A DNA stretch of 64,000 nucleotides. Source: an uncultured Myxococcales bacterium. Its GTDB lineage: Bacteria; Myxococcota_A; UBA9042; CAIXZC01. A model generated the notes under the pieces. It made no database searches. It saw only the letters and a program-made list of their open reading frames with translations, and was not told the origin of the DNA. Position 1 is the stretch's first letter. Each line of letters opens with the position of its first letter. A program made the position numbers and the translations under genes. The DNA lies in NCBI GenBank assembly GCA_964522395.1, contig CAZFVN010000002.1, forward strand, positions 43,644 through 107,643, written 5' to 3'. This document shows, one piece after another, positions 1-8,818 of this stretch.

Positions 1-1
1 T

Positions 2-508
2 GAAGTGGTGGCTTGTGGTACCGAATCCCTCAACACGGGGGTGCTGGAGCCCGGGACCTATTACTTGATTGTCGATTCCAATGGCAATCTCCACAAGGGT
101 GACTTCTCCATGACTGTGGTGCCGTCGCCCCCTGATGCGCCTGACAATGACTCATGTGCGGCTCCTCAGCAGCTTATCTTCCAGAACAACATGTCCCAGG
201 CCAGCGGCATGACGCTCTTTAGTAATGACCTTTCCTCCGCACCATGCGGGGGGGCGGGAGCGCCAGAGAATGTCTTCACATTCGTGGTACCTGCCGGCAC
301 TTCCAAGGCGAGCTTCAATGTCGACGCCGACTTTGATCCCGCCATCTATATCGTGCTGGGAGATTGCAACGGGGCACCGGTGGCCTGTGTTCCAGCCGCC
401 AGCTATGACATGGGCTGGCCGGGGCAGGGCACCTACTACCTCTTCGTTGATGGCAAGACGGCCAACGACAAGGGGCTTTATACGTTGACTGTGACACTCA
501 CCCAGTAA
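2..508 (+). CDS. 3' fragment (the last ~169 codons) of a further array paralog whose start lies upstream of the window. It encodes a C-terminal PPC-like domain.
   Basis: The in-frame translation EVVACGTESLNTGVLEPGTYYLIVDSNGNLHKGDF...GQGTYYLFVDGKTANDKGLYTLTVTLTQ aligns with the C-termini of the genes at 17282-21391 and 21442-25554. There is no start codon inside the window. Confidence 0.85.
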   Translation, partial: EVVACGTESLNTGVLEPGTYYLIVDSNGNLHKGDFSMTVVPSPPDAPDNDSCAAPQQLIFQNNMSQASGMTLFSNDLSSAPCGGAGAPENVFTFVVPAGTSKASFNVDADFDPAIYIVLGDCNGAPVACVPAASYDMGWPGQGTYYLFVDGKTANDKGLYTLTVTLTQ

Positions 509-523
509 TTTGGGGGATTTTGG

Positions 524-3500
524 ATGCGTAGAATCGGATTCTTCTCAAGCCTACTCGTCTTGTTGCTTTCTCTTTCAGCCCAGGCTTCGGTCCCGGCGGC
601 TCTCTCCTACCAGGGTTTTTTGACAGACTCGGTGGGTAACCCCGTAACGGGGACCTGGACAGTTACCTTCGGCCTGTACGCAGGGCCGTCGGGGGGCGAG
701 GTGCTCTTTGAAGAGTCCCTCGATGTGACCACCGACAAGGGCCTCTTCAGCGTCTACCTGGGTACTCCGGATAATCCTCTGCCGGTAGGGTCATTTAAGG
801 CGGGGGAGCTCTTCCTGGAGCTGACAGTTGAAACCGATGATGGTCCAGTAGCGCTGACTCCCCGCCAGCAAGTAGTGTCGGACCCCTACGCCCTCTATGC
901 CCAGGATGCTGCTCAATTGGGCGGAGAGGATGCCGAAGCATTCGTCTTGCTGCAGCAATTGCCCGATCTCTGCGTCACGCCCGAAGCGCTGCCCGATGTG
1001 CTTGCAGAGTTGGGCATCGTCGGCGGTGGGCTGGACGAGGAGGCGCTGGCCGCCTGGCTGCTGGTCAACGGGTACAATGCCTGCGCTTGCTACGCAGACG
1101 ACAATGTCGCCAACTATCTGGCCGCGGCGGGCTATGAGCCTGGACCCTACTTCACTGGTTTGTACGAAGACCTTGTTGATTCTCCCGATCTCTCTATCTA
1201 TATGACGTCGGAAGATGTGGCAGCAGCACTCGCCAGCCTTGGGGCGGTACTTCTGGCCGACGGTTCCGTGGCCCTTGAGGGTGATTTTGATTTTGCTGGT
1301 TTTCAGGCTCTTAATCTGGCGGTGCACAATTCTGTAGACCCGCCCGCTGACCCTGCTGCCGGACAGCTTTGGTGGGATCTCAACCAAGTGATATTGAAGG
1401 TCTACACAGGGGAGGGATGGTCTGGCATCGGAGCTGGCGTGGCTGCCGATATTGCCTGTCCGGAGTGTGTAGATGCGGATGACGTTGCCTTTACCTTCGC
1501 AGCAGCCGATCAAAAGGGCGGCGCGGCGCTCAACGTGAACTGCTTCCAGTGCATCAACGGGGACGAGGTCAACTTCGCCTGGGCCAAAGGTGTCGAACCT
1601 GGGGGCGATGCTGAGCACGCCCTCACTGCGGATACCGCTTTGAACGCTGAGAAGGCCGCTGATCTGGAGTGTCCCGGCTGTGTCGATGTCGCTGACATCA
1701 ACCCTGTGGCCCTTGCTTCGGGCGTGGTTTCTTTTGATGATTCCAAGGCGAAATTGGGTGCGGCAACTGCCCAGGAGGCCTTTGAGAAGTTAGCCGCCAG
1801 TGGCGGTTCCGGTGCCGTAGAGGGTAACGGCACCATCATCTCCTATGTCGAGCAATGGGGATTGTCTGCCTACGGCTCTGCAACTACCTACATGCACCTT
1901 ATGAACCCGGCGTCACCCAAGGTGCTGATGCATCTCTATGCAGACGATTCAGCGAGCTTCGCTTCCTCGAACAACCTGGTAGTGGCATATGCCTTCGCCC
2001 CCAATCAGTATTCCGCTGGGGCCATGGGCAACCAGGGGGAGAACGCGCTGCAGGTGGGCAATCCCAGTACTTTCAACAGTGGCAGTCATATCATGATTCA
2101 TCAGACCCGGGGCAGTGATGGAGTCAGCGCGGGCACCTGGGAACTGAACCAGGTGAAGTCGGTAAACGGCTCGACCCTTCATCTGATAAAGCCGTTGGCC
2201 AACGACTACGTCACGGGTGGTTCAGCCAAAGCTCAGGTCGTACTGGCGGCTTCCTTCGGCAATGTTGAAATTGTTAACGGCGGCACCCTCAAGCCTTCTA
2301 TGGCACTCGCTGTGGATGGCTCCATGGGCGGCATTGTCTATGTTCGAGCCAACAAGATGACCGTCAAATCGGGCGGACGCATCGACGCGGATGGCATGGG
2401 CTTCCAGCCTTCGCCGGGGGGGTACTTCGCTCCCGGTTCGTCGGAGTGCGGAGTTGGTATTCCTGGCGAATCCGAGCAGAATTGCTCGGGGGGCGCCGCG
2501 GGTGCGATCCAATGTGCCAATGCAGGCGGTGGTGGCAACAAGGCCGCCGGGCAAAACGGCACCAACCACGGCAACTGTGCCACCGAAACGGAAGGCGGTG
2601 CGGCCAAGGGTGATGGCAATCTCAATACTCTGGAGTTTGGCGGCGCCGGCGGCACTCAGTTCGCCGGGGGCGGAGCTGGCGGCGGTATCGTAGTTATCGG
2701 CGCCCAGTCTTTTGTGGTACAGGATGGCGGCAAGGTCTCGGCAGATGGTTCTGTGGCCACAGACCGCGGTTCCGGTGGTGGCGCCGGCGGGACCATCGCA
2801 CTCTACGCAGATTTCCACCAGTTGGACGGTGAGGTGACGGCTGCAGGCGGCAAGGGTGGTGAAGTCCTGCAATGGAAGCATATCGAACCCAAACCCCTCA
2901 CTCCCGTTACTTTCAATACACGCTCCCACGGCGGGGGCTATAGTCCGAAGTATTTGGAATTCTGGTATCCGCATTGGTCGGGGTCGACTATCTACCGGTA
3001 TGACAGGAACTATACTCCCCTTGGTGATTTCACTTCTGGCAACAATAACATGATGCAACTCTGGGGCGATCCCGATGGCACCTACTACACTGCCAACTAC
3101 GGACAGGACCGAATACGGAAGTGGTCTGACAAGGGCAACAGCCAGATCTGGGAGTACTACAACGGCGGCACCACCAATGGTGTCTGCGCGGACGAAGACT
3201 ACGTCTATGCCATGCGCAGTAGCGGCAATGAGGTAAGGAAGCTCAACAAGACTACCGGCCAGCATGTCCAGACCTTCACAATATCGAACACTTCCAGCAC
3301 CGATGGCGCGCTACTGTGCACTCCAGGAAGGCTCTATTACGGTCGCACAGATGGCACTGTCTACTACCACGATACTTCCTCACATCAGCAACTTGGCTCA
3401 TTCTCCGCCGGTACAAATATCCACAACATGTCCTTTGACGGGCAGATCATGTACGTCTCGCCAAACTCGAGCACGGTTTCACGGATCCAACTCATAGAGG

Positions 3501-4624
3501 GGAACATCTACGAACCGGCAGGATCCGGCGGCGATGGCGGCGAAGGCTGGGTTGTGGAGAAGAGCCCCAAGGCCGGTATCATCAATGAATCCTATCCCAA
3601 GGGCATCCAGATCTGGATCGACGGAGAAGATGTCACCACCCAGGTAGGGGACCCCAACGGCAAGGGCAGTCCATCCTGGGATGCCCAGAACGGCATGTGG
3701 GGCAAAGATGGATTGGAGTCCTGGTCGACAGGGCAACTCGATCTGACCTCCGTTGCCAATTGGACGCTGGGTGAACACGCGATCCAGGTGAAAGAGACCG
3801 GCGGGGCGGGTGGAGATGTGAAGATGTTTGCCTACGTGGTCTATCCCTTCACCAAATCTGTAGCTCCAGTAAATGATACTTGTGACCAGCCGGTGATGCT
3901 CGACGTTTCTGACGCGGTAACCGTGACGGGTACCACGGAAGATGTCATGGGTAAGATCAAGGCAACTGATGCCAACACCGGGCCGTTCTGTGGCGGTTCG
4001 GGTGGTTCGGATGTGACCTACGGTTTTGTCTTGGACGACTGGCGCAGCCTGAGTATTTCGACGGTCTCTGCATTTACCCCCCGGGTCTACTTGCGCAAGG
4101 ACAGTTGCGCGGATGGCCAGGTGGTAGCGTGCGGTTCCAACCTCATCGATACCGGAGTCCTGGAACCGGGGACCTATTTCCTGGTGGTCGATTCCGATGG
4201 CAATTTGCAAAAGGGCAACTTCTCGCTGACCATTGTGCCCTCACCGCCCGACGCGCCAACCAACGATTCCTGCGCCATGCCCCAGCAATTGGTCTTCCAG
4301 AACAATGTTGCCAAGGCCAGCGGCATGACTCTTTTTTCTAACGACCTTTATTCCGCCGCGTGTGGTGGGGATGGTGCGCCGGAGAATACCTTCACTTTCG
4401 TGGTGCCGCCTGGAACTTCGAAGCTGGATATCGATGTCGACGCAGACTACGACCCGGTTATCTACATGGTCAAGGACAACTGCGAAGGGGGGCTGATAGC
4501 CTGCATTCCAGACAGTTCCTACCAGATGGGCTGGCCGGGACCGGGGACCTATTTCCTCTTCCTGGATGGCAAGACAGGCAATGACAAGGGGCTCTATGAG
4601 TTGTCCGTGAGCCTGGTGCAATAG
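524..4624 (+). CDS. Array paralog A, long form, 1366 aa. Secreted multidomain protein: conserved N-terminal domain, Gly-rich beta-helix-like core, beta-propeller-like insert, 2x C-terminal PPC-like domains.
   Basis: Uninterrupted ORF. Sec signal peptide MRRIGFFSSLLVLLLSLSAQA|SVPAAL. Conserved mature N-terminus AALSYQGFLTDSVGNPVTGTWTVTFGLY. GGAGGTQFAGGGAGGGIVVIGAQS glycine-rich repeats. C-terminal GTYFLVVDSDGN / DADYDP / GTYFLFLDGKT motifs typical of bacterial pre-peptidase C-terminal domains. Confidence 0.85.
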   Translation: MRRIGFFSSLLVLLLSLSAQASVPAALSYQGFLTDSVGNPVTGTWTVTFGLYAGPSGGEVLFEESLDVTTDKGLFSVYLGTPDNPLPVGSFKAGELFLELTVETDDGPVALTPRQQVVSDPYALYAQDAAQLGGEDAEAFVLLQQLPDLCVTPEALPDVLAELGIVGGGLDEEALAAWLLVNGYNACACYADDNVANYLAAAGYEPGPYFTGLYEDLVDSPDLSIYMTSEDVAAALASLGAVLLADGSVALEGDFDFAGFQALNLAVHNSVDPPADPAAGQLWWDLNQVILKVYTGEGWSGIGAGVAADIACPECVDADDVAFTFAAADQKGGAALNVNCFQCINGDEVNFAWAKGVEPGGDAEHALTADTALNAEKAADLECPGCVDVADINPVALASGVVSFDDSKAKLGAATAQEAFEKLAASGGSGAVEGNGTIISYVEQWGLSAYGSATTYMHLMNPASPKVLMHLYADDSASFASSNNLVVAYAFAPNQYSAGAMGNQGENALQVGNPSTFNSGSHIMIHQTRGSDGVSAGTWELNQVKSVNGSTLHLIKPLANDYVTGGSAKAQVVLAASFGNVEIVNGGTLKPSMALAVDGSMGGIVYVRANKMTVKSGGRIDADGMGFQPSPGGYFAPGSSECGVGIPGESEQNCSGGAAGAIQCANAGGGGNKAAGQNGTNHGNCATETEGGAAKGDGNLNTLEFGGAGGTQFAGGGAGGGIVVIGAQSFVVQDGGKVSADGSVATDRGSGGGAGGTIALYADFHQLDGEVTAAGGKGGEVLQWKHIEPKPLTPVTFNTRSHGGGYSPKYLEFWYPHWSGSTIYRYDRNYTPLGDFTSGNNNMMQLWGDPDGTYYTANYGQDRIRKWSDKGNSQIWEYYNGGTTNGVCADEDYVYAMRSSGNEVRKLNKTTGQHVQTFTISNTSSTDGALLCTPGRLYYGRTDGTVYYHDTSSHQQLGSFSAGTNIHNMSFDGQIMYVSPNSSTVSRIQLIEGNIYEPAGSGGDGGEGWVVEKSPKAGIINESYPKGIQIWIDGEDVTTQVGDPNGKGSPSWDAQNGMWGKDGLESWSTGQLDLTSVANWTLGEHAIQVKETGGAGGDVKMFAYVVYPFTKSVAPVNDTCDQPVMLDVSDAVTVTGTTEDVMGKIKATDANTGPFCGGSGGSDVTYGFVLDDWRSLSISTVSAFTPRVYLRKDSCADGQVVACGSNLIDTGVLEPGTYFLVVDSDGNLQKGNFSLTIVPSPPDAPTNDSCAMPQQLVFQNNVAKASGMTLFSNDLYSAACGGDGAPENTFTFVVPPGTSKLDIDVDADYDPVIYMVKDNCEGGLIACIPDSSYQMGWPGPGTYFLFLDGKTGNDKGLYELSVSLVQ

Positions 4625-4670
4625 CGCAGCAAACCGGTGCGGGCTGAGTGTCCGCCGGTGAGGGGTGACG

Positions 4671-7600
4671 ATGAAAGCAAGATGGGTAGTTGGAATCTCG
4701 GCAGCATTGGCAGTTTCTTTCATTCTGTTGCCCTCGATGGCAGTTCGCGCGGCCGCTCCAGCGGCGCTTTCATACCAGGGCTTTCTAACCGATTCGGTGG
4801 GCAATCCCGTGACCGGTACCTGGACGGTCTCGTTTGGTCTGTACGCAGAGCCATCAGGGGGGGAAGTGCTCTTTGAGGAGTCCCTCGACGTGACCACCGA
4901 TAAGGGTCTCTTCAGCGTCTACCTGGGTACCCCGGACAATCCTCTGCCGGTGGGCTCGTTTGAGGCAGGAGAGCTCTTTCTTGAGCTGACAGTTGAAACT
5001 GACGACGGTCCGGTGGCACTGACTCCGCGTCAGCAAGTCGTTTCAGACCCTTATGCCCTTTATGCCCAGGATGCTGCCCAGTTGGGCGGTGAGGATTCTT
5101 CATCATACGTGCTGCTCCAACAGTTACCGGACATTTGCATCACTCCTGAGGCATTGCCCGACGTTCTTGCTGAGTTGGGGATTGTTGGCGGTGGACTTGA
5201 TGAAGAGGCGCTGGCCGCCTGGCTGCTGGCCAATTCCTTTGTGGATGAGGCATTACTTGCGGCCTGGCTGCTGGACAATGGATATGACCCCTGTGCCTGT
5301 TACGGAGACGAGGGTGTGGCCGCTTACCTGGCCGCCGAGGGATTCGTCGCCGGTCCCCATTTCTCGGGGTCCTACGACGACCTGATGGATGCCCCCGATC
5401 TCTCCGGCTTCATGACCGCCGACGACATTGCCGAGGCCCTCTCCAATCTGGGTGCGGTGCTTCTCGCCGATGGGTCTGTAGCCCTCGAAGGCGACTTTGA
5501 TTTTGCCGGTTTCCAGGCCCTCAATCTGGCGGTGCACAATTCCGATGAGCCGCCGCTGGAACCGGTTGCCGGACAACTCTGGTGGGACCTAAACGAGGTT
5601 CTCTTGAAGGTCTACACCGGCGAAGGCTGGTCTGGCATCGGCACTGGTGTAGCGGCTGACATCGCCTGCCCTGAATGTGTGGATGCTGATGACGTGGCTT
5701 TCACCTTTGCTGCGGCCGACCAGAAGGGTGGTGCGGCGCTCAACGTCAACTGCTTCCAGTGTATCAAGGAAGAGGAAGTGAGCTTCGCCTGGGCCAAAGG
5801 CGTTGAGCCAGGCGGGGCGGCGGAGCATGCAGTCGTCTCCGATACTACCCTTGATGTGGCCTGTCCCGGCTGCGTCGATGTGGCCGATATCAATCCTGCA
5901 GCCCTCGCTTCGGGCGTGGTTTCCTTTGATGACTCCAAAGCCAAATTGGGTGCTGCAACTGCACAGGAGGCCTTCGAGAAGTTGGCGGCGGTTGGGGGCT
6001 CAAGTGCGGTGGAAGGCAACGGCACCATCGTTCCCTATGTCGAGCAATGGGGGCTTCCCGCATATGGCTCGGCCACGACCTATCTTCATCTCATGAACCC
6101 GGCTTCGCCAAAGGTGCTGATGCATTTGTATGCCGACGATTCGGCCAGCTTCGCGTCTTCCAATAATCTGGTCGTCGCCTACGATTTCGCCCCCAACCAG
6201 TATTCGGCCGGGGCCATGGGCAATGTCGGTGAGACCGCCTTGCAGGTTTCCAATCCCAGTACCTTCAACAGCGGTAGTCACATCATGATTCATCAGACCT
6301 GGGGCAGTGACGTTGCAACGGCCGGTACCTGGGAGCTCAATCAGGTGAAGTCGGTGAATGGCACGACCCTACATTTAATCAAACCGCTGGCCAATAGTTA
6401 TGTCACGGGAGGTGGCGCCAAAGCGCAGGTTGTGCTGGCCGCGTCGTTTGGCAACGTCGAAATCGTTAATGGCGGGACGCTCAAACCATCCCAACCTCTG
6501 GCGTTGGATGGCTCCATGGGTGGCATCGTCTATGTGCGGGCCAACAAGATGACCGTCAAGTCCGGTGGTAGAATCAATGCTGATGGTGCCGGTTTCCAAC
6601 CGACTCCAGGGGGCTATTTTGCCCCCGGCTCGTCAGAATGTGGCGTTGGGACCCCCGGCGAATCCGAGCAGAACTGTTCGGGTGGTGCGGCCGGTGCGGT
6701 GCAGTGTGCCAATGCCGGTGGCGGCGGCAATAAGACGGCGGGTCAAGACGGTACCGTCCACGGTGATTGCGAAGCCCAATCCAAGGGTGGTGTGGCCAAG
6801 GGTGACGCCAACTTAGGTACCCTTGAGTTTGGCGGAGCTGGCGGCACACAGTTTGAGGGCGGAGGAGCTGGCGGCGGTATCGTCGTCATCGGCGCCCAGT
6901 CTTTCGTGGTCCAGGATGGCGGTAAGGTTACGGCCGACGGGATCGCAGCTTCCGACCGCGGCTCGGCTGGCGGCGCCGGTGGAACTATCGCTCTCTACGC
7001 AGATTTCCATCAGTTGGACGGCGAAGTCATCGCTGAAGGTGGCGACGGAGCTGTAGTCAAGCAGTGGACCTACATTGAACCCAAGGCTCTCGGTACAGTG
7101 AATTTCGATACTCATTCCCACGGTGGCGGATATAGCCCCAAGTATAGGGAGTTCTGGTACCCGAAATGGGGGTCGAAGACCATCTACCGGTTCAACCTCG
7201 ACTACGAACCGCTGGGAACTTTTGATAGCGGTAACAATGATATGATGGGGTTCTGGGGTGACACGGACGGCACCTATTACACGGCCAACTGGGGCCAGGA
7301 CAGAATTCGTAAGTTCTCGGACAAGGGCGCCAGCCAGATCTGGGAGTATAGCCTCGGCTCCACCGCCGGCGCGGTTTGCGCCGATGAGAACTACGTCTAT
7401 GGCATGCGCCATGGTGATACAACGGTGTGGAAGCTCAACAAAGATACTGGGCAGCAGGTCGATACGTTCGCCTTGTCCGGTGCAAATAGTGCCTACGATT
7501 CGCTCATCTGTGCACCCGGGAGGTTCTACTACGGGCGCACCAACGGGCAGGTATATATCTACGACTCCAACTCGCATGGGCAGATTGGGAGTTTCAACGC

Positions 7601-8816
7601 AGGCATCAGCATTGATAGCGTAGCTTTCGACGGTCAGGTGATGTACGTCTCTCCGAACACCAGTACAGTGACCAGGTTCCAACTGGTGGATGGCAACGTC
7701 TACGAGCCAGCCGGTTCCGGTGGTGATGGTGGCGACGGGTGGGTAGTAGAGAAGACTCCTATTTCTGGGATCATTAATGAATCATATCCAAAGGGCATCG
7801 AGATCTGGATTGACGGAGAGGAAGTCACTGAGCAGGTGGGCGATCCCAATGCCAAGGGAACTCCGGCCTGGGATGTTGCAACCAACAAGTGGGGTAAGGA
7901 CGGTTTAGAGGCTTGGTCTACGGGGCCCCTGGACCTTACGTCGGTTGCTAACTGGACCCTGGGCGAACACTCCATCCAGGTGAAAGAGACTGGCGGCGCG
8001 GGTGGCGACGTCAAGATGTTCGCCTATGTCATCTATCCCTTCACCAAATCGACGGCTCCCGTAAACGATACTTGCGACCAGCCGGTGATGCTTGACCTTT
8101 CGGATGCGGTGACCGTTTCTGGCACCACTGAAGATATCATGGGCAAGGTCAAGGCTACCGATGCCAATACCGGACCGTTTTGTGGTGGTTCGGGTGGTTC
8201 GGATGTGACCTACGGGTTCACCCTCACTGACTGGCGCAGTCTGAGCATTGCGGTCACCTCCGCCTTCACGCCAAGGGTCTATTTGCGCAAAGACTCTTGC
8301 GCCGATGGTCAGGTGGTGGCGTGCGGGACAAACCTCATTGATACCGGGGTGCTGGAGCCGGGGACTTACTATCTGGTGGTAGATTCCGATGGCAACATGC
8401 AGAAGGGTAATTTCAGCCTGACCGTAGTGCCATCACCACCTGACGCCCCCGGCAATGACTCGTGTGCCGGGCCACAACCAATGATCTTCCAGAACAACAC
8501 TGCCCAGGCCAGCGGCATGACTTTTTTCTCTAACGACCTCTACTCGGCCGCGTGTGGTGGAGCCGGGGCGCCAGAGAACATCTTTACCTTTGTGGTACCG
8601 CCCGGGACGTCCAAACTGGATATCAATGTGGATGCCGACTACGACCCCGCCATCTACATGGTCAAGGATGCCTGCGAAGGCGCACTTATTGCGTGCATTC
8701 CAGACAGCACCTATCAGATGGGCTGGCCGGGACCGGGGACCTACTTCCTCTTCTTGGACGGCAAAACCGCCAACGACAAGGGGCTCTACGAGTTGACCGT
8801 GAGTATCACTCAGTAG
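4671..8816 (+). CDS. Array paralog B, long form, about 1381 aa from ATG 4671. Secreted multidomain protein of the same family.
   Basis: The ORF track starts at a GTG at 4665. The ATG at 4671 gives MKARWVVGISAALAVSFILLPSMAVRA|AAPAAL and lies after GAGGGGTGA. About 90% aa identity to paralog A over the N-terminal ~450 aa, with many synonymous differences. Confidence 0.8.
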   Translation: MKARWVVGISAALAVSFILLPSMAVRAAAPAALSYQGFLTDSVGNPVTGTWTVSFGLYAEPSGGEVLFEESLDVTTDKGLFSVYLGTPDNPLPVGSFEAGELFLELTVETDDGPVALTPRQQVVSDPYALYAQDAAQLGGEDSSSYVLLQQLPDICITPEALPDVLAELGIVGGGLDEEALAAWLLANSFVDEALLAAWLLDNGYDPCACYGDEGVAAYLAAEGFVAGPHFSGSYDDLMDAPDLSGFMTADDIAEALSNLGAVLLADGSVALEGDFDFAGFQALNLAVHNSDEPPLEPVAGQLWWDLNEVLLKVYTGEGWSGIGTGVAADIACPECVDADDVAFTFAAADQKGGAALNVNCFQCIKEEEVSFAWAKGVEPGGAAEHAVVSDTTLDVACPGCVDVADINPAALASGVVSFDDSKAKLGAATAQEAFEKLAAVGGSSAVEGNGTIVPYVEQWGLPAYGSATTYLHLMNPASPKVLMHLYADDSASFASSNNLVVAYDFAPNQYSAGAMGNVGETALQVSNPSTFNSGSHIMIHQTWGSDVATAGTWELNQVKSVNGTTLHLIKPLANSYVTGGGAKAQVVLAASFGNVEIVNGGTLKPSQPLALDGSMGGIVYVRANKMTVKSGGRINADGAGFQPTPGGYFAPGSSECGVGTPGESEQNCSGGAAGAVQCANAGGGGNKTAGQDGTVHGDCEAQSKGGVAKGDANLGTLEFGGAGGTQFEGGGAGGGIVVIGAQSFVVQDGGKVTADGIAASDRGSAGGAGGTIALYADFHQLDGEVIAEGGDGAVVKQWTYIEPKALGTVNFDTHSHGGGYSPKYREFWYPKWGSKTIYRFNLDYEPLGTFDSGNNDMMGFWGDTDGTYYTANWGQDRIRKFSDKGASQIWEYSLGSTAGAVCADENYVYGMRHGDTTVWKLNKDTGQQVDTFALSGANSAYDSLICAPGRFYYGRTNGQVYIYDSNSHGQIGSFNAGISIDSVAFDGQVMYVSPNTSTVTRFQLVDGNVYEPAGSGGDGGDGWVVEKTPISGIINESYPKGIEIWIDGEEVTEQVGDPNAKGTPAWDVATNKWGKDGLEAWSTGPLDLTSVANWTLGEHSIQVKETGGAGGDVKMFAYVIYPFTKSTAPVNDTCDQPVMLDLSDAVTVSGTTEDIMGKVKATDANTGPFCGGSGGSDVTYGFTLTDWRSLSIAVTSAFTPRVYLRKDSCADGQVVACGTNLIDTGVLEPGTYYLVVDSDGNMQKGNFSLTVVPSPPDAPGNDSCAGPQPMIFQNNTAQASGMTFFSNDLYSAACGGAGAPENIFTFVVPPGTSKLDINVDADYDPAIYMVKDACEGALIACIPDSTYQMGWPGPGTYFLFLDGKTANDKGLYELTVSITQ

Positions 8817-8818
8817 TT

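Noticed and set aside
2590-2880. RTX (T1SS) nonapeptide repeats or an autotransporter passenger in the glycine-rich core.
   Set aside because: The repeats lack the conserved Asp of GGxGxDxUx. The proteins have N-terminal Sec signal peptides and no C-terminal T1SS signal or beta-barrel translocator domain.
2222-3265. Long antisense ORFs inside the array genes and Cys-rich genes (for example 2222-3265 -, 6813-7682 -, 15073-16077 -, 18776-19954 -, 50957-52324 +, 52547-53518 +), 250-450 aa each.
   Set aside because: They overlap strongly supported sense-strand genes with clear domain architecture. They are Gly/Ala/Arg/Pro-rich as expected for antisense frames of GC-rich DNA, and they lack RBSs and recognisable motifs.
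4400-4624. C-terminal sorting signals (MYXO-CTERM, PEP-CTERM, T9SS CTD, LPXTG) on the array proteins and lipoproteins.
   Set aside because: The C-termini end in soluble PPC-like beta-strands (...LTVTLTQ). None has the Cys-containing motif or the hydrophobic helix plus basic tail required for those signals.
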